Assembly (NCBI GenBank): GCA_963703285.1
Contig: OY969807.1
Location: 64,001 to 128,000, forward strand
Direction of reading: 5' to 3'
Origin: an uncultured Nitrososphaerota archaeon
GTDB taxonomy: Archaea; Thermoproteota; Nitrososphaeria; Nitrososphaerales; Gagatemarchaeaceae
Length of the DNA: 64,000 bases
The position numbers were made by a program, and so were the translations under genes. The notes beneath the pieces are model-generated. The model was not told the DNA's origin. It searched no databases and was given only the letters and a program-made list of their open reading frames with translations. Numbering within the stretch: the first letter of the stretch is position 1; every line of letters starts with the position of its first letter. Positions 38,162 through 47,634 of the stretch are shown here, piece by piece.

Positions 38162-38596
38162 ATGAAGACTCGCAACGGCATCAGCCCGTTTCTGGCGACG
38201 ATAATACTCGTCGTGATAACCCTGGCCATCGGCGGACTGCTCTACACACAGTTCAGCAACCTGATCGTGGCCCAGGTCAAGAACCCTTCGATGGACCTAA
38301 CGGACATCAACGTCGCGCCCAACGGCGAGAACATAATCCTCAGCATCAAGAACGACGGAAACGTCCCGATAAATATCACATCCTTCTCAGTCAGCTATGG
38401 ATCAGACCTCAACACGTTCAGGTTCAGCTCCTCGAATGTCACGGTACTCTCGTCTCCCTCCGGCGGGACCGACATTCAGCCCGGAGACATACTCACTGCA
38501 CAGATGTCCACCAACTTCGTGATTCCCAGCTTCAGCACCTTCACGGTGACGGTCGTCGGGGATCAGCTGGCGCGGGCGTTCAACGTGCAGTCATGA
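38162..38596 (+). CDS. Archaeal type IV pilin
   Basis: MKTRNG|ISPFLATIILVVITLAIGGLLY class III signal peptide. Confidence 0.88.
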   Translation: MKTRNGISPFLATIILVVITLAIGGLLYTQFSNLIVAQVKNPSMDLTDINVAPNGENIILSIKNDGNVPINITSFSVSYGSDLNTFRFSSSNVTVLSSPSGGTDIQPGDILTAQMSTNFVIPSFSTFTVTVVGDQLARAFNVQS

Positions 38597-39213
38597 GGAC
38601 CTCGAAGGCGATAAGCGGATTCGTCGCGACGCTGGTGCTCGTGGCGATCGCGCTGTCGCTCTCCTACGTCGTCTACGAGGGGGTCAGCAAGCTCACCCCT
38701 CCCAAGACGGACGTCTATTCCAACCAGGTCCTGAGCCTCGGCGGCTCCCCCCAGATTGACGAAATCCAGGTCAACGCATCCTCGGAGAGCACGCCACAGG
38801 CGTTCGAGGCCGACTCGGCGGGTTCGGCCTCTGGGATTCTGTACTTCAACGGGTCAGAATACGGGACGACACGCCTGCTCTGCCTCCCGGGCTCCACCAC
38901 GTTCTTCTCTGTCTACACTGCCACGCCCGGCCTGCTCCGGGTTTCAGCCACAGGCGCTGAGTGGATCGACGGGGTGATGACGAGTTCGCTGAGCGTGACG
39001 CCGGGGTGGCACGAGGTGATGTTCACGGACTCGGCCTCCTGCAGCGTGACCGCGCCCGACGGCTCTGGACTCGCATACCCCAACGCCGACGTCAGCTCCA
39101 TCCCCATAATCGGTCCGGTCCCATCGACCAGCTTCACGATGTATCTCCCGACCGATGGCCTCGGCCATTCACTCGTCCTCGTCTTCGATGGAGGCTACGA
39201 CCGGATTGCGTAG
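38593..39213 (+). CDS. Archaeal type IV pilin (minor)
   Basis: MRTSKA|ISGFVATLVLVAIALSLSYVVY. Confidence 0.82.
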   Translation: MRTSKAISGFVATLVLVAIALSLSYVVYEGVSKLTPPKTDVYSNQVLSLGGSPQIDEIQVNASSESTPQAFEADSAGSASGILYFNGSEYGTTRLLCLPGSTTFFSVYTATPGLLRVSATGAEWIDGVMTSSLSVTPGWHEVMFTDSASCSVTAPDGSGLAYPNADVSSIPIIGPVPSTSFTMYLPTDGLGHSLVLVFDGGYDRIA

Positions 39214-39610
39214 GTCGAAGGGGGTCAGCGAGGTTGTCTCTTCGGTCACGATGCTCGCAATCACGATCGCGGTCCTGGGTGGCGTGGGCGTGATATCCCT
39301 CGGGTCCCTTAGGAGCGCCAACGGCCTCCTGCTTACGGGCTCCCAGAACGCCGCGTCGGCGGAGGGGGTCCTGCTGACGGTCGTTTCGACGCAGGGCAAC
39401 GCTTCCGGCACTTACGTCTGGCTCTTCAACTACGGATGGACGCCCGCGCAGATCACCCAGATCTACTTGAACGGGGGGCAGATCGCTGGTTGGACCTCGA
39501 CATGCAGCCCCCTCCAGCCGAAGGGGATCTGCGACGTCAGGCTGGCTCCCGGCGCCCACGGCTCGGTGACAATTGCGTTTGGAACAAGAACCGTCAGCCT
39601 CACGTTATAG
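39206..39610 (+). CDS. Archaeal type IV pilin (minor)
   Basis: TTG start, RRSKG|VSEVVSSVTMLAITIAVLGG. Confidence 0.82.
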   Translation: MRRSKGVSEVVSSVTMLAITIAVLGGVGVISLGSLRSANGLLLTGSQNAASAEGVLLTVVSTQGNASGTYVWLFNYGWTPAQITQIYLNGGQIAGWTSTCSPLQPKGICDVRLAPGAHGSVTIAFGTRTVSLTL

Positions 39611-41126
39611 GTCTCTGGCCGGCCTGAAGATTCGCAAGACACGCCCGGCCGAGCCGAAGGCAGCCCTCGAGACGATACCGTTCGAGCCTCCGCGCGGCGG
39701 CGCCATGACCGAGAACTATCTGGTCGACTACGAGATACGCACCGCCGACTCCATCTCCTACAGGGCGAGCTACACCGTGTACATCTACGAGGCGGAGGGC
39801 AGGGGACTCTACCTTGTGAAGGAGCCGTACCTCTCGCCGGAGCTGAGCGCGGCGGTCGCGAAGGCGATAAACTCCCTGACATCCTGGCTCGCGCCCTCTC
39901 CGATAATCTCGGTCGACCCCCTCGGATACCTCTTCGCCGAGATAAGGAGAGCGGGGTTCCTCAGCTCGCGCGTGACCGAGGAGGACCTGCAGGCGGCGAC
40001 CCACTACCTGATGAGGGACATCCTCGGCTACTCGACCATCGACCCACTAATTCGCGACGGAGCGATCGAGGACATCTCCTGCGAGGGCGCTGGGAGGCCA
40101 GTGAAGGTCTGGCACAGGAAGTTCAACTCGCACGGCTGGCTCGAGACGAACATCGCTTTCGCACAGCCTGAGAAGCTCGACGCCGTGGTCTCGAGGCTGG
40201 TCCACAGGTCCAACAGGTCCTTGTCCGTCTCCTCCCCAATCGTCGACTGCGTCCTCCCGGAGGGTTACAGGCTGGCCGCGACATGGGGCAAGGAGGTCAC
40301 CAGCCTGGGCAGCAGCTTCAGCATCCGCAAGCTCCGCGCCGTCCCGTACACGGTCTCCGAATTGATCCGGGCCGGGACCCTCGATTCGAAGGTCGCGGCG
40401 TACCTGTGGATGCTGATGGAGATGAAGGGGTTCGTCATCGTGGCGGGGGTTACCGCCTCGGGGAAGACAACCCTGCTCAACGCCCTGGGGACCGTCATCA
40501 ATCCCAACTGGAAGGTCCTGTCCATCGAGGACACAAGGGAGATCAGCCTGCCCCAGTCGGGATGGAAGCCCCTCCACACGAAGCACACACAGACCCCCGG
40601 GTCGGACGTCTCGCTCTTCGACCTCGTCAAGCTCAGCCTGAGGGAGAGGCCCGACTACGTGATCCTCGGCGAATCCAGGGGGGAGGAGGTTCAGGTTCTC
40701 TTCCAGGCCGCGGCCTCCGGGTCTGGCTGCCTGACCACGTTCCACGCCCAGAACACGGAGGGCCTGGTCGCGAGGCTCACGCAGCCTCCCCTCTCGGTCG
40801 CAGCCTCGTCCCTCGACCTGATAGACGCGGTCGTCTTCATGGTCCGGGACGCGAAGGGCGCGAGGTACGTCCACCGAGTCGTGGAGCCGGGAAGAGAGTG
40901 GAACGAGGTTTTCACCCGCGCAGGGGAGGCGTGGGAGGGGTCGGCCGAGACGTCAACGAAGCTCGAACGCAGGGCCGCGGCCTACGGATTATCGTCCAGG
41001 AGGGTCTCATCTGACCTCGAGAGGAGGTCGAGGTTTCTGGAGGAGGTCGTCGGCAAGGGCGTGGCGGAGTACGGGGCGCTCTCACGCGAGCTCGCCCGAT
41101 TCTACAGCTCCGACCTGACCTTCTGA
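39573..41126 (+). CDS. Type II/IV secretion (pilus assembly) ATPase, VirB11/FlaI-like
   Basis: IEDISCEG, GSSFSIRK, GVTASGKTT, SIEDTREI, LRERPDYVILGESRG, TTFHA; start uncertain. Confidence 0.92.
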   Translation: MRLEQEPSASRYRSLAGLKIRKTRPAEPKAALETIPFEPPRGGAMTENYLVDYEIRTADSISYRASYTVYIYEAEGRGLYLVKEPYLSPELSAAVAKAINSLTSWLAPSPIISVDPLGYLFAEIRRAGFLSSRVTEEDLQAATHYLMRDILGYSTIDPLIRDGAIEDISCEGAGRPVKVWHRKFNSHGWLETNIAFAQPEKLDAVVSRLVHRSNRSLSVSSPIVDCVLPEGYRLAATWGKEVTSLGSSFSIRKLRAVPYTVSELIRAGTLDSKVAAYLWMLMEMKGFVIVAGVTASGKTTLLNALGTVINPNWKVLSIEDTREISLPQSGWKPLHTKHTQTPGSDVSLFDLVKLSLRERPDYVILGESRGEEVQVLFQAAASGSGCLTTFHAQNTEGLVARLTQPPLSVAASSLDLIDAVVFMVRDAKGARYVHRVVEPGREWNEVFTRAGEAWEGSAETSTKLERRAAAYGLSSRRVSSDLERRSRFLEEVVGKGVAEYGALSRELARFYSSDLTF

Positions 41127-42755
41127 GCGCCGTATATCTTCCTGACCTTCTCGATCGTGTCGATCTGGCCCGCGTCCTTGTCGTCCCGGATCCTCTTGAT
41201 CCTCGGGAACCGGAGGGCGAATCCGCTGTCGTGCCTGTCGCTCCTCTGGATGCTGTCGAACGCGACCTCGATCACCAGTTCGGGCTTCACCCGCCTGAAG
41301 TAACCATCGTCCTCGGTGGTGAGCCTCTCGATCCTTCCCATCATCTCTTCGATCTCTTTGTCGGTCAGGCCCGAGTACGCCTTCCCGATTACTCTGAGCT
41401 GGTCGCCGTCCCTGACGGCGAATGTGTAGTCGGAGATTACACCCGCGCGCTTGCCGTGACCCATCTCGGCCCCCACGATCACGACGTCCAGCGTGTCGAG
41501 CTCCTCCTTCAGCTTGACCCAGTACTTCCCGCGCTTCCCGGGGGTGTAGGGGCTCTCCGGGTCCTTGAGAACCAGCCCCTCGTAACCCAGGGACCTGGCC
41601 CTCCTGAAGAGGGTCTGGATCTCGGTCTGCTCTGGATACCAGCCGCATCTCAGCCATCCGGAAGGTCGTCCCCTCGACGACCCGGGAGAGAGCCTCCCTC
41701 CTGAGCCGAAGGGGCTTCCTGAAGAGGTCGTCGCCGTCCAAGAGGAGGATGTCGAAGCAGAAGAAGACCACAGGCGCCTTGTCCATCGCCTCTTCGAAAT
41801 TCTCTATCCTCCTCAGCCGCCTCTGAAGCAGCTGAAAGGAGAGGGGCCTGCCGTCCCTGAAAGGGACTATCTCTCCGTCGATGAGCACATCGTGGCCGAT
41901 CTTCCCGGCCCCCTCGACGAGCTCCGGGAAGCTCTGTGTTATCTCCTCGAGCCTCCTCGAATACGCCCTGACCTCCCGTCCCTTCTTGTGAAGCTGGGCC
42001 CTCACCCCGTCGTACTTGTACTCGGCGTAGACCTCCTTCCCGAAGTAGGACGCTATCTCCTCGGGTGTCTGCATCGGCTCGGCGAGCATGAAGTTGGTCG
42101 GGCGCATCAGCTGTAACCTGATCCCGCTGACGTCCCCCGACCTGGCCCGGCGCGCGAGCATCCCGATGTCCCCGATGAGCAGATGGGCCTCCCTCAATTC
42201 TCCGCGGTCGATGTCGTAGGCGCGTGCGATCGCCTCCTCTACCAGTCCGTCGACCAGCCCTATCCTCATCTCCTTCGTAAGAATCTTGATCAGATACTTC
42301 GCCTCGGTCCCGTCCGATCTCAAGAGGAGCGACTTGAGGTGCGCCTTCTTGAGACCTGTCGAGCCCTTCCCCTTCGCCTGGGTCATGGCCTCGAAGGTCT
42401 CGGCCACATCCTCGAGGGTCAGTTCCTCCTGGAAGAGTGTCGTCTCGCTCCTCTTCGCCAGCACCTCCTGGACTACCTTGCCGAGGTCCCCGTGTCTGAG
42501 GTAGACGCGGCTCAGCTCCCTCGGAGAGAGGCCCGTCAGCTCCTCCACGGCATCGGTTATGGTCGAGTACCCTATGTGTGTCTCGTCCACGCTGCCCTTC
42601 ACGGAGGCCCTTCCCGTCGCGAACCGGGCCGCACGTTCTGCGTCATCGGCGTCGAGCTTGCGGAGGTACTCCGAAAGGATCCTCACCTTCTCGTTCTTCC
42701 CCGGCGACGCGCTGACTTGGTCGAGGGTGGAAGCGAACTCCGAGAAGCTGCCCAT
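41102..42755 (-). CDS. lig: ATP-dependent DNA ligase (apparent frameshift near 41625-41640)
   Basis: EYKYDGVRAQLH, IDGEIV, FDILL; resumes in another frame as GYEGLVLKDPESPYTPGKRGKYWVKLK...ALRFPRIKRIRDDK. Confidence 0.93.
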
Positions 42756-42762
42756 GTCCCGA

Positions 42763-43260
42763 TCAGAGGGGTATTGCCATCGTGTACGCAGACTCGCCGT
42801 CTTTGTAGTACCCGTGGAGCGTGCTGCCTATCTTGAAGCCGAGCTTCTCGTACAGGTCGATCGCTCCCCTGTTCGTGGTCCGCACCTCCAGATAGCACTC
42901 CTTCCCCGAGCCCTTGCGAACCTCTTCCAGGGCCGACTTGATCAGCTCGGTCCCTATGCCCTTCCCCCTCCACTCCTCGAGGACCGCTACCGAGATTATG
43001 TGGCCCTTCTTTGCAAGCCCGAATCGCCTGGTCATCGAGAGGCCGTACTCGAGCCTGCACATTATGTACCCGACGACCTTCCCGCCCTGGTCCGCCAGGA
43101 GAAAGGTGTTGGGGAAGTCCTTCAGTATGTCGTAGTAGAAGTAGTCAGAGTAGTGCTCCGGCAGGGTGAGCGTGTTGACGTTGATGACGCTCGGGATATC
43201 CTCTGGGCCACAGTGCCTGATGGAGTAGTCCCCTGCTTTGCTCGTGGCCGACTCTTGCAT
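42763..43260 (-). CDS. N-terminal protein acetyltransferase (Ard1/RimI family)
   Basis: TLPEHY, VVGYIMCRLE, GHIISVAV..WRGKGIG, LEVRTTN..AIDLYEKLGF, YYKDGE. Confidence 0.92.
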   Translation of the reverse strand: MQESATSKAGDYSIRHCGPEDIPSVINVNTLTLPEHYSDYFYYDILKDFPNTFLLADQGGKVVGYIMCRLEYGLSMTRRFGLAKKGHIISVAVLEEWRGKGIGTELIKSALEEVRKGSGKECYLEVRTTNRGAIDLYEKLGFKIGSTLHGYYKDGESAYTMAIPL

Positions 43261-43374
43261 TCTCTGATGTTCGTGCCGTCAACAAGAGACTAATAAATTT
43301 CTGGTTCCAGCGACCCGTCAGAAGCACGACGCCCCAGTCACCCGTCCTTCGTGCCGGTGGGCTAGACAGGGGAT

Positions 43375-44541
43375 CTAAGGAGCCTTCTTGCCGTCGATAA
43401 TCTTGAGCTGCTCCGCCAGGTTAGCGATCTGAGCGTCCAGGTCGAAGACCCAATCCTTGGTCTTATCATTGTAGACTCCTGGATCCGGAGCAAAGACAGC
43501 GGCCTTGCTGGTGTCTATCATGAAGTACTCGGACCTCTTCGCCACGGGCGCCAAGACTTCCCTGAGGTAGGTCATCGTCTCGACCATCTGCTCCAGCGGT
43601 ACCCCCATCTCCGCGAGGTAGTCGGGCCCTGCCCCCTCGCACCACAGGAACGGGAGGAGGTTCATCCTTTCGCTCAGCGTGGACTGTTCTTCGGGGGTCA
43701 CTCCGTGGACGTAGACGTGCATGAACGCGAACTTGTGATGGGGGGCGAGCGGTTCGCCCCGTTCCCGGTCGACGTGGGTCTTCATCCAGTTGACCCTGTA
43801 CCACTCGATCAGACGCGCGTCTTCAATGTGCCGGGCGTGCCGGTAGGCTGTCTTGCTGCTGACACCGAGATCCTTGGCGATGTCCTTTATCGACATGGAT
43901 GCGTCCATGAGGAAGTAGCGCAGGACCGAGAGGTCGGCCGCGTCGAATCTCTGCCTGGGGGTCTCTCGCCGGGCCTCGGGGCCGTCGCCAGAGGAGAGCT
44001 GCGACCAATCGAATTCCCACCTGCCCTTCTTGAAATCGAAGAGGTCCGCGCGCATGGGCTGGTATCTCCGCCAGGAGAATCGGAGGGTCGTGTGCACCTT
44101 GGTGACGAAGCCCGCCTCCTGCATTCCCTTCAGGAGTCCGGGGAACTCTTCATAGTGCTCCTCGGGCAGGTTGAAGTCAAGAATGTACTTGCCGTCGGGG
44201 AGCGTCCTGTAGATACTGTGAAGGAACCAATGACCGCTCATGTTGCCGCTCAGCTGGACAGTGTTCTCTCCGTGTTCCTCCGCTATGTCGACCACGGCTG
44301 CGATCTCCCTCAAACCCAGGGCTCCCCTGCTGGGACGGGCTTGGACCACGTACCCTTTCTTCTCGATGGTTGACCTGAAGTTGTAGCTCACGCTCTCCTT
44401 CGGAAGCTTCAGCCTTCTGGCTACCTCCGCCATGTTCGGTCCGACCTCTTCCAGTTCCCTCACGATGGACGCGATTCGGGATCGCCTCGTCTGAGGTCGA
44501 GCTGGAATCAGGGTCGGTTCGGTTGAGATTCCTTTCTTCAA
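43375..44541 (-). CDS. Duplicated HTH (Lrp-like) transcriptional regulator
   Basis: Two HTH segments: NMAEVARRLKLPKESV and DLSVLRYFLMDASMSIKDIAKDLGVSSKTAYRH. Confidence 0.7.
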   Translation of the reverse strand: MKKGISTEPTLIPARPQTRRSRIASIVRELEEVGPNMAEVARRLKLPKESVSYNFRSTIEKKGYVVQARPSRGALGLREIAAVVDIAEEHGENTVQLSGNMSGHWFLHSIYRTLPDGKYILDFNLPEEHYEEFPGLLKGMQEAGFVTKVHTTLRFSWRRYQPMRADLFDFKKGRWEFDWSQLSSGDGPEARRETPRQRFDAADLSVLRYFLMDASMSIKDIAKDLGVSSKTAYRHARHIEDARLIEWYRVNWMKTHVDRERGEPLAPHHKFAFMHVYVHGVTPEEQSTLSERMNLLPFLWCEGAGPDYLAEMGVPLEQMVETMTYLREVLAPVAKRSEYFMIDTSKAAVFAPDPGVYNDKTKDWVFDLDAQIANLAEQLKIIDGKKAP

Positions 44542-44651
44542 GCCCCGGGTGGGAGCAACCCGCTAGTGGCTTATAATCGTAGGCAGTGACAGGCATTCCA
44601 GCACCGGTCCCGGCGAAAGAGCGCGCTACTCCTGCACCCAAGACTTAAAGC

Positions 44652-45815
44652 GTGTACAGTGAACCGCCCTCGAGGTACTTGTCGGAGGACTCCGGGGTCG
44701 AGGTGATCGTCCGCTCCCTCTTCACTGTCAAGGACGTCTTCGACAGGGGCGAGGGCTCGAAGGAGTTCAGCGTCGTCTATGACGACAAGAGCAAGCACGC
44801 CTTCAGGGAGCTGTACGCGAAGGTGAAGCCGCTCGGGTTCACGCCGAGGCTCTTCGGGACGAAGGACGACGCGTCCTTGACGTTGACCAAGGGGGAAAGT
44901 GCGCCATCGCTCGCCCCCAGAACCCCGATATTCCTCCTCCTCCTCTCGATCCTCGCGATCATCGTCGGCGGGTGGCTTCTGGGTGACATCTACTCCCGGG
45001 TCGAGGGGGGAAACGCGGTGCTGATTGGAAGCGGCTTCGTGGTGGGTGTTGCCATTGTCTTGGTCTCCAAGGGCCTCGTCCAGCGGTTCGTCGTCAGGCG
45101 GAGGGGAGGGGGCTCGACCATTCAGTACTACCTCCCCAACATACCGTTCTTCATTGCCCTCCCGGTCCTCTACTACCTGCCGACCTTCGGAGCGGTCACC
45201 TTCGTGCGCTCTCCCACGGTCGACAAGGACACGCTCTTCGACTGCTACTTCTTCGCCCCTCTGGTCGGGGTGCTCGTGGCGCTAGCCGTGGCGTTCGCCG
45301 GCGCCGCGTCTGCGATAACGCTGACGAGCACCCAATACTCGTCCATCTTCACGGCGGGGAACCTCGCGACCCTCAACACGAACCCTTCCCTCCTCCAGTC
45401 GGGGGCCATCTCCCTCGCAAGCTACCTCGGCCTTTCGCCCAAGATCCCTCCCGGCGGGGTCAGCATCTTCTCGCCGCTGGAGGTCGCCGCTTGGATAGCT
45501 TTCCTCCTTTCGTTCTTCAGCCTGCTCCCCGCCGCGCTCTTCGATGGGGGGAGGATGGCGACGCTGGCCCTCGGGGTCAGGGGGAGCCGCATCACGACCA
45601 TGGTCACCGGATTCCTGCTGGTCGCGGTCGACGTCCCCAACTACTGGGTGATCTTCCTGATGATATTCCTGCTCGCCGCGGTGCAGCCGACCAACGAGAC
45701 GCTCGACTCGCTCTCCCCCATCTCCCGCTCAAAGAAGCTGCTCTTCGTGGCGATGGTGCTCCTCGTCCTCCTCTGTGCACCCGTACCCCAGAACTTCCTT
45801 ACCTACCCGATCTAG
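44652..45815 (+). CDS. Site-2 protease (M50) homologue lacking the HEXXH motif
   Basis: PTFGAV, LFD..FFAPLVG, SPLEVAAW, LLPAALFDGGR, LSPISRSKK match archaeal M50 proteins; the HExxH position reads SKGLV. Confidence 0.7.
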   Translation: MYSEPPSRYLSEDSGVEVIVRSLFTVKDVFDRGEGSKEFSVVYDDKSKHAFRELYAKVKPLGFTPRLFGTKDDASLTLTKGESAPSLAPRTPIFLLLLSILAIIVGGWLLGDIYSRVEGGNAVLIGSGFVVGVAIVLVSKGLVQRFVVRRRGGGSTIQYYLPNIPFFIALPVLYYLPTFGAVTFVRSPTVDKDTLFDCYFFAPLVGVLVALAVAFAGAASAITLTSTQYSSIFTAGNLATLNTNPSLLQSGAISLASYLGLSPKIPPGGVSIFSPLEVAAWIAFLLSFFSLLPAALFDGGRMATLALGVRGSRITTMVTGFLLVAVDVPNYWVIFLMIFLLAAVQPTNETLDSLSPISRSKKLLFVAMVLLVLLCAPVPQNFLTYPI

Positions 45816-46924
45816 CCCAGGAGGGCTTCGGGCGCGCGGGTGAAGACGTGAACCTTCGCGTTGCGCCCGGCTGAAGCGAGGACCTTCTGGACCGCGTCCG
45901 CCGAGTTCTTCGCCGTCCTGAACCTGAACCTCCCACTGGCATAGAGCTCGGGGAGCGACGAGAGCAGCGTGACAGAGTAGTTGTCCCTCAGCGAGTCGAG
46001 GTACCCCAACTCTTCCAGCCCATCCGCATAGTACCCCCTTCGCAGGGCTGTCTCGCTCAGCCTCCCGGTCGCCTGCATCTGGAGGGCTTCTGAGCCGATG
46101 CCCTCCCTCGCCTCACCCACGAGGAGGATCTCGCCTCCCTTCCTCACGGCCTTGGTCGCGCCGAGGCAGAGCCTGAGCATGTGCGAGAGCGTGTCGTCGA
46201 AGCCGAGCCCTCCCGTTCCCACGACCAGCCCCTTTGCAGCGCTGACTTGGTGCTCGGCGAAGTGGACCTTTGCCTGCTCTGCGCCCCCCTCGACCAGCGA
46301 GAACGGCTCCCCTCCCCTCGTGACTATCGTCGCGAAGCCGGCCGCGGTCACCTTGTCGACCAACGAGACCATCACCGAATGGGCCTGCGTCTCCCGGAAG
46401 AACCCGGGTTCGTCGCTCCCCCTTCCGAGATAGGCCACCCTCCTTGCGCCGCCCAGCGCTGAGAGGCCGAGGGACACCCTCGCGTCTAGGTATCCGAACA
46501 GCGGATCGGGCTCGCCGGTCGCCAGCGCGAAGCCCGTGCCGCCCTCGACCTCCGCGGAATGGGTGACCTCCCCTCCCGGAGAGTCCGGCGGTGGCGAAAG
46601 CTTCAGCACCCGTCCCTTCAGCTCGGGCACCCCCTCCTCCAGCCCCTTCGGCGAACGAGTGTAGACCTTCGGGGGGTTCTCCTGAGGGAGCTTGGGGACC
46701 ACCGCCCTGAGGAGCTTGTAGGTCGCGGGCTTTCCGTCGCAGACGAAGAGCCTCTCCCTCCCTCTCAGCCTCTCGGCTAGCATCTGACCGAGCTCCTCCG
46801 AGTGGTTCTCGGGCAAAGGGTCGACGAGCTCTCCGAGGTTCTCCGCCTGCAGCGTCAGCAGCGACTCTACGCCTCCGTAAGGGAGCCAGATCTCCAAGAG
46901 CTGTTCCTGCCCCCGCCCTCGCAT
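45812..46924 (-). CDS. Divergent LarA (lactate racemase)-like domain protein
   Basis: EIWLPYG N-terminus; VVGTGGLGFDDTL...AVRKGGEILLVGEAREGIGS C-terminal pattern. Confidence 0.55.
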   Translation of the reverse strand: MRGRGQEQLLEIWLPYGGVESLLTLQAENLGELVDPLPENHSEELGQMLAERLRGRERLFVCDGKPATYKLLRAVVPKLPQENPPKVYTRSPKGLEEGVPELKGRVLKLSPPPDSPGGEVTHSAEVEGGTGFALATGEPDPLFGYLDARVSLGLSALGGARRVAYLGRGSDEPGFFRETQAHSVMVSLVDKVTAAGFATIVTRGGEPFSLVEGGAEQAKVHFAEHQVSAAKGLVVGTGGLGFDDTLSHMLRLCLGATKAVRKGGEILLVGEAREGIGSEALQMQATGRLSETALRRGYYADGLEELGYLDSLRDNYSVTLLSSLPELYASGRFRFRTAKNSADAVQKVLASAGRNAKVHVFTRAPEALLG

Positions 46925-47007
46925 TCCGCCACTATCAAGCTTTCCGCGAAGCCCGCGCCAGCGTCATTCTCGATACACATTTCTACTGGCCGCCAGGTCG
47001 CGGGGCC

Positions 47008-47634
47008 ATGAGCTGGAAGGGGAGGAAGGCGATGGTCGATGAGCTGGCAATGGTCCTCGTCAAGGTGAGGGCCCTGCAGGTCGGGACCTTCACTCTCGCT
47101 AGCGGGAAGCTCAGCTCCTACTACGTCGACCTGAGGACGGTCCCCAGCTTCCCGGGCGCGTACCGTTACGTCGTAGACTGCTACGTCTCGCTCATCAAGA
47201 ACGAGGTAGGTCTGGACAAGTTCGACGCGATCGCAGGAATACCCACCGCAGGGCTCGCGTTCTCTTCCCCAGTCGCCCTGGAGCTGAAGAAGCCGATGAT
47301 ATACGTCCGGAAGGACGAGAAGGATCACGGACAAATGAAGAAGATCGAGGGAGCCATCAAGCCGGGCTGGAAGGTGCTGGTGATGGACGACCTCATCACG
47401 ACGGGTCACTCGCTCCTTTCAGGGATCGACGCGATTCGGGGAGAAGGAGGGGAAGTCGGGCAGGTCGCGGTGCTGATAGACCGTCAGGAGGGAGGGAGGC
47501 AGAACCTCAAGAAGGCGGGGGTGGCCCTGAGCGCCCTCACGGACATCTCCGAGCTGGCTCGGACGCTACACGCCAAGGACGAGATCTCCGATGAGGAGAT
47601 GCGGGCGATTAAGAGCCAGGTCGCGGGAAGCTAA
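47008..47634 (+). CDS. pyrE: Orotate phosphoribosyltransferase
   Basis: GTFTLASGKLSSYYVDLR, YVRK..KDHG, VLVMDDLITTGHS, LIDRQEGG. Confidence 0.96.
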   Translation: MSWKGRKAMVDELAMVLVKVRALQVGTFTLASGKLSSYYVDLRTVPSFPGAYRYVVDCYVSLIKNEVGLDKFDAIAGIPTAGLAFSSPVALELKKPMIYVRKDEKDHGQMKKIEGAIKPGWKVLVMDDLITTGHSLLSGIDAIRGEGGEVGQVAVLIDRQEGGRQNLKKAGVALSALTDISELARTLHAKDEISDEEMRAIKSQVAGS

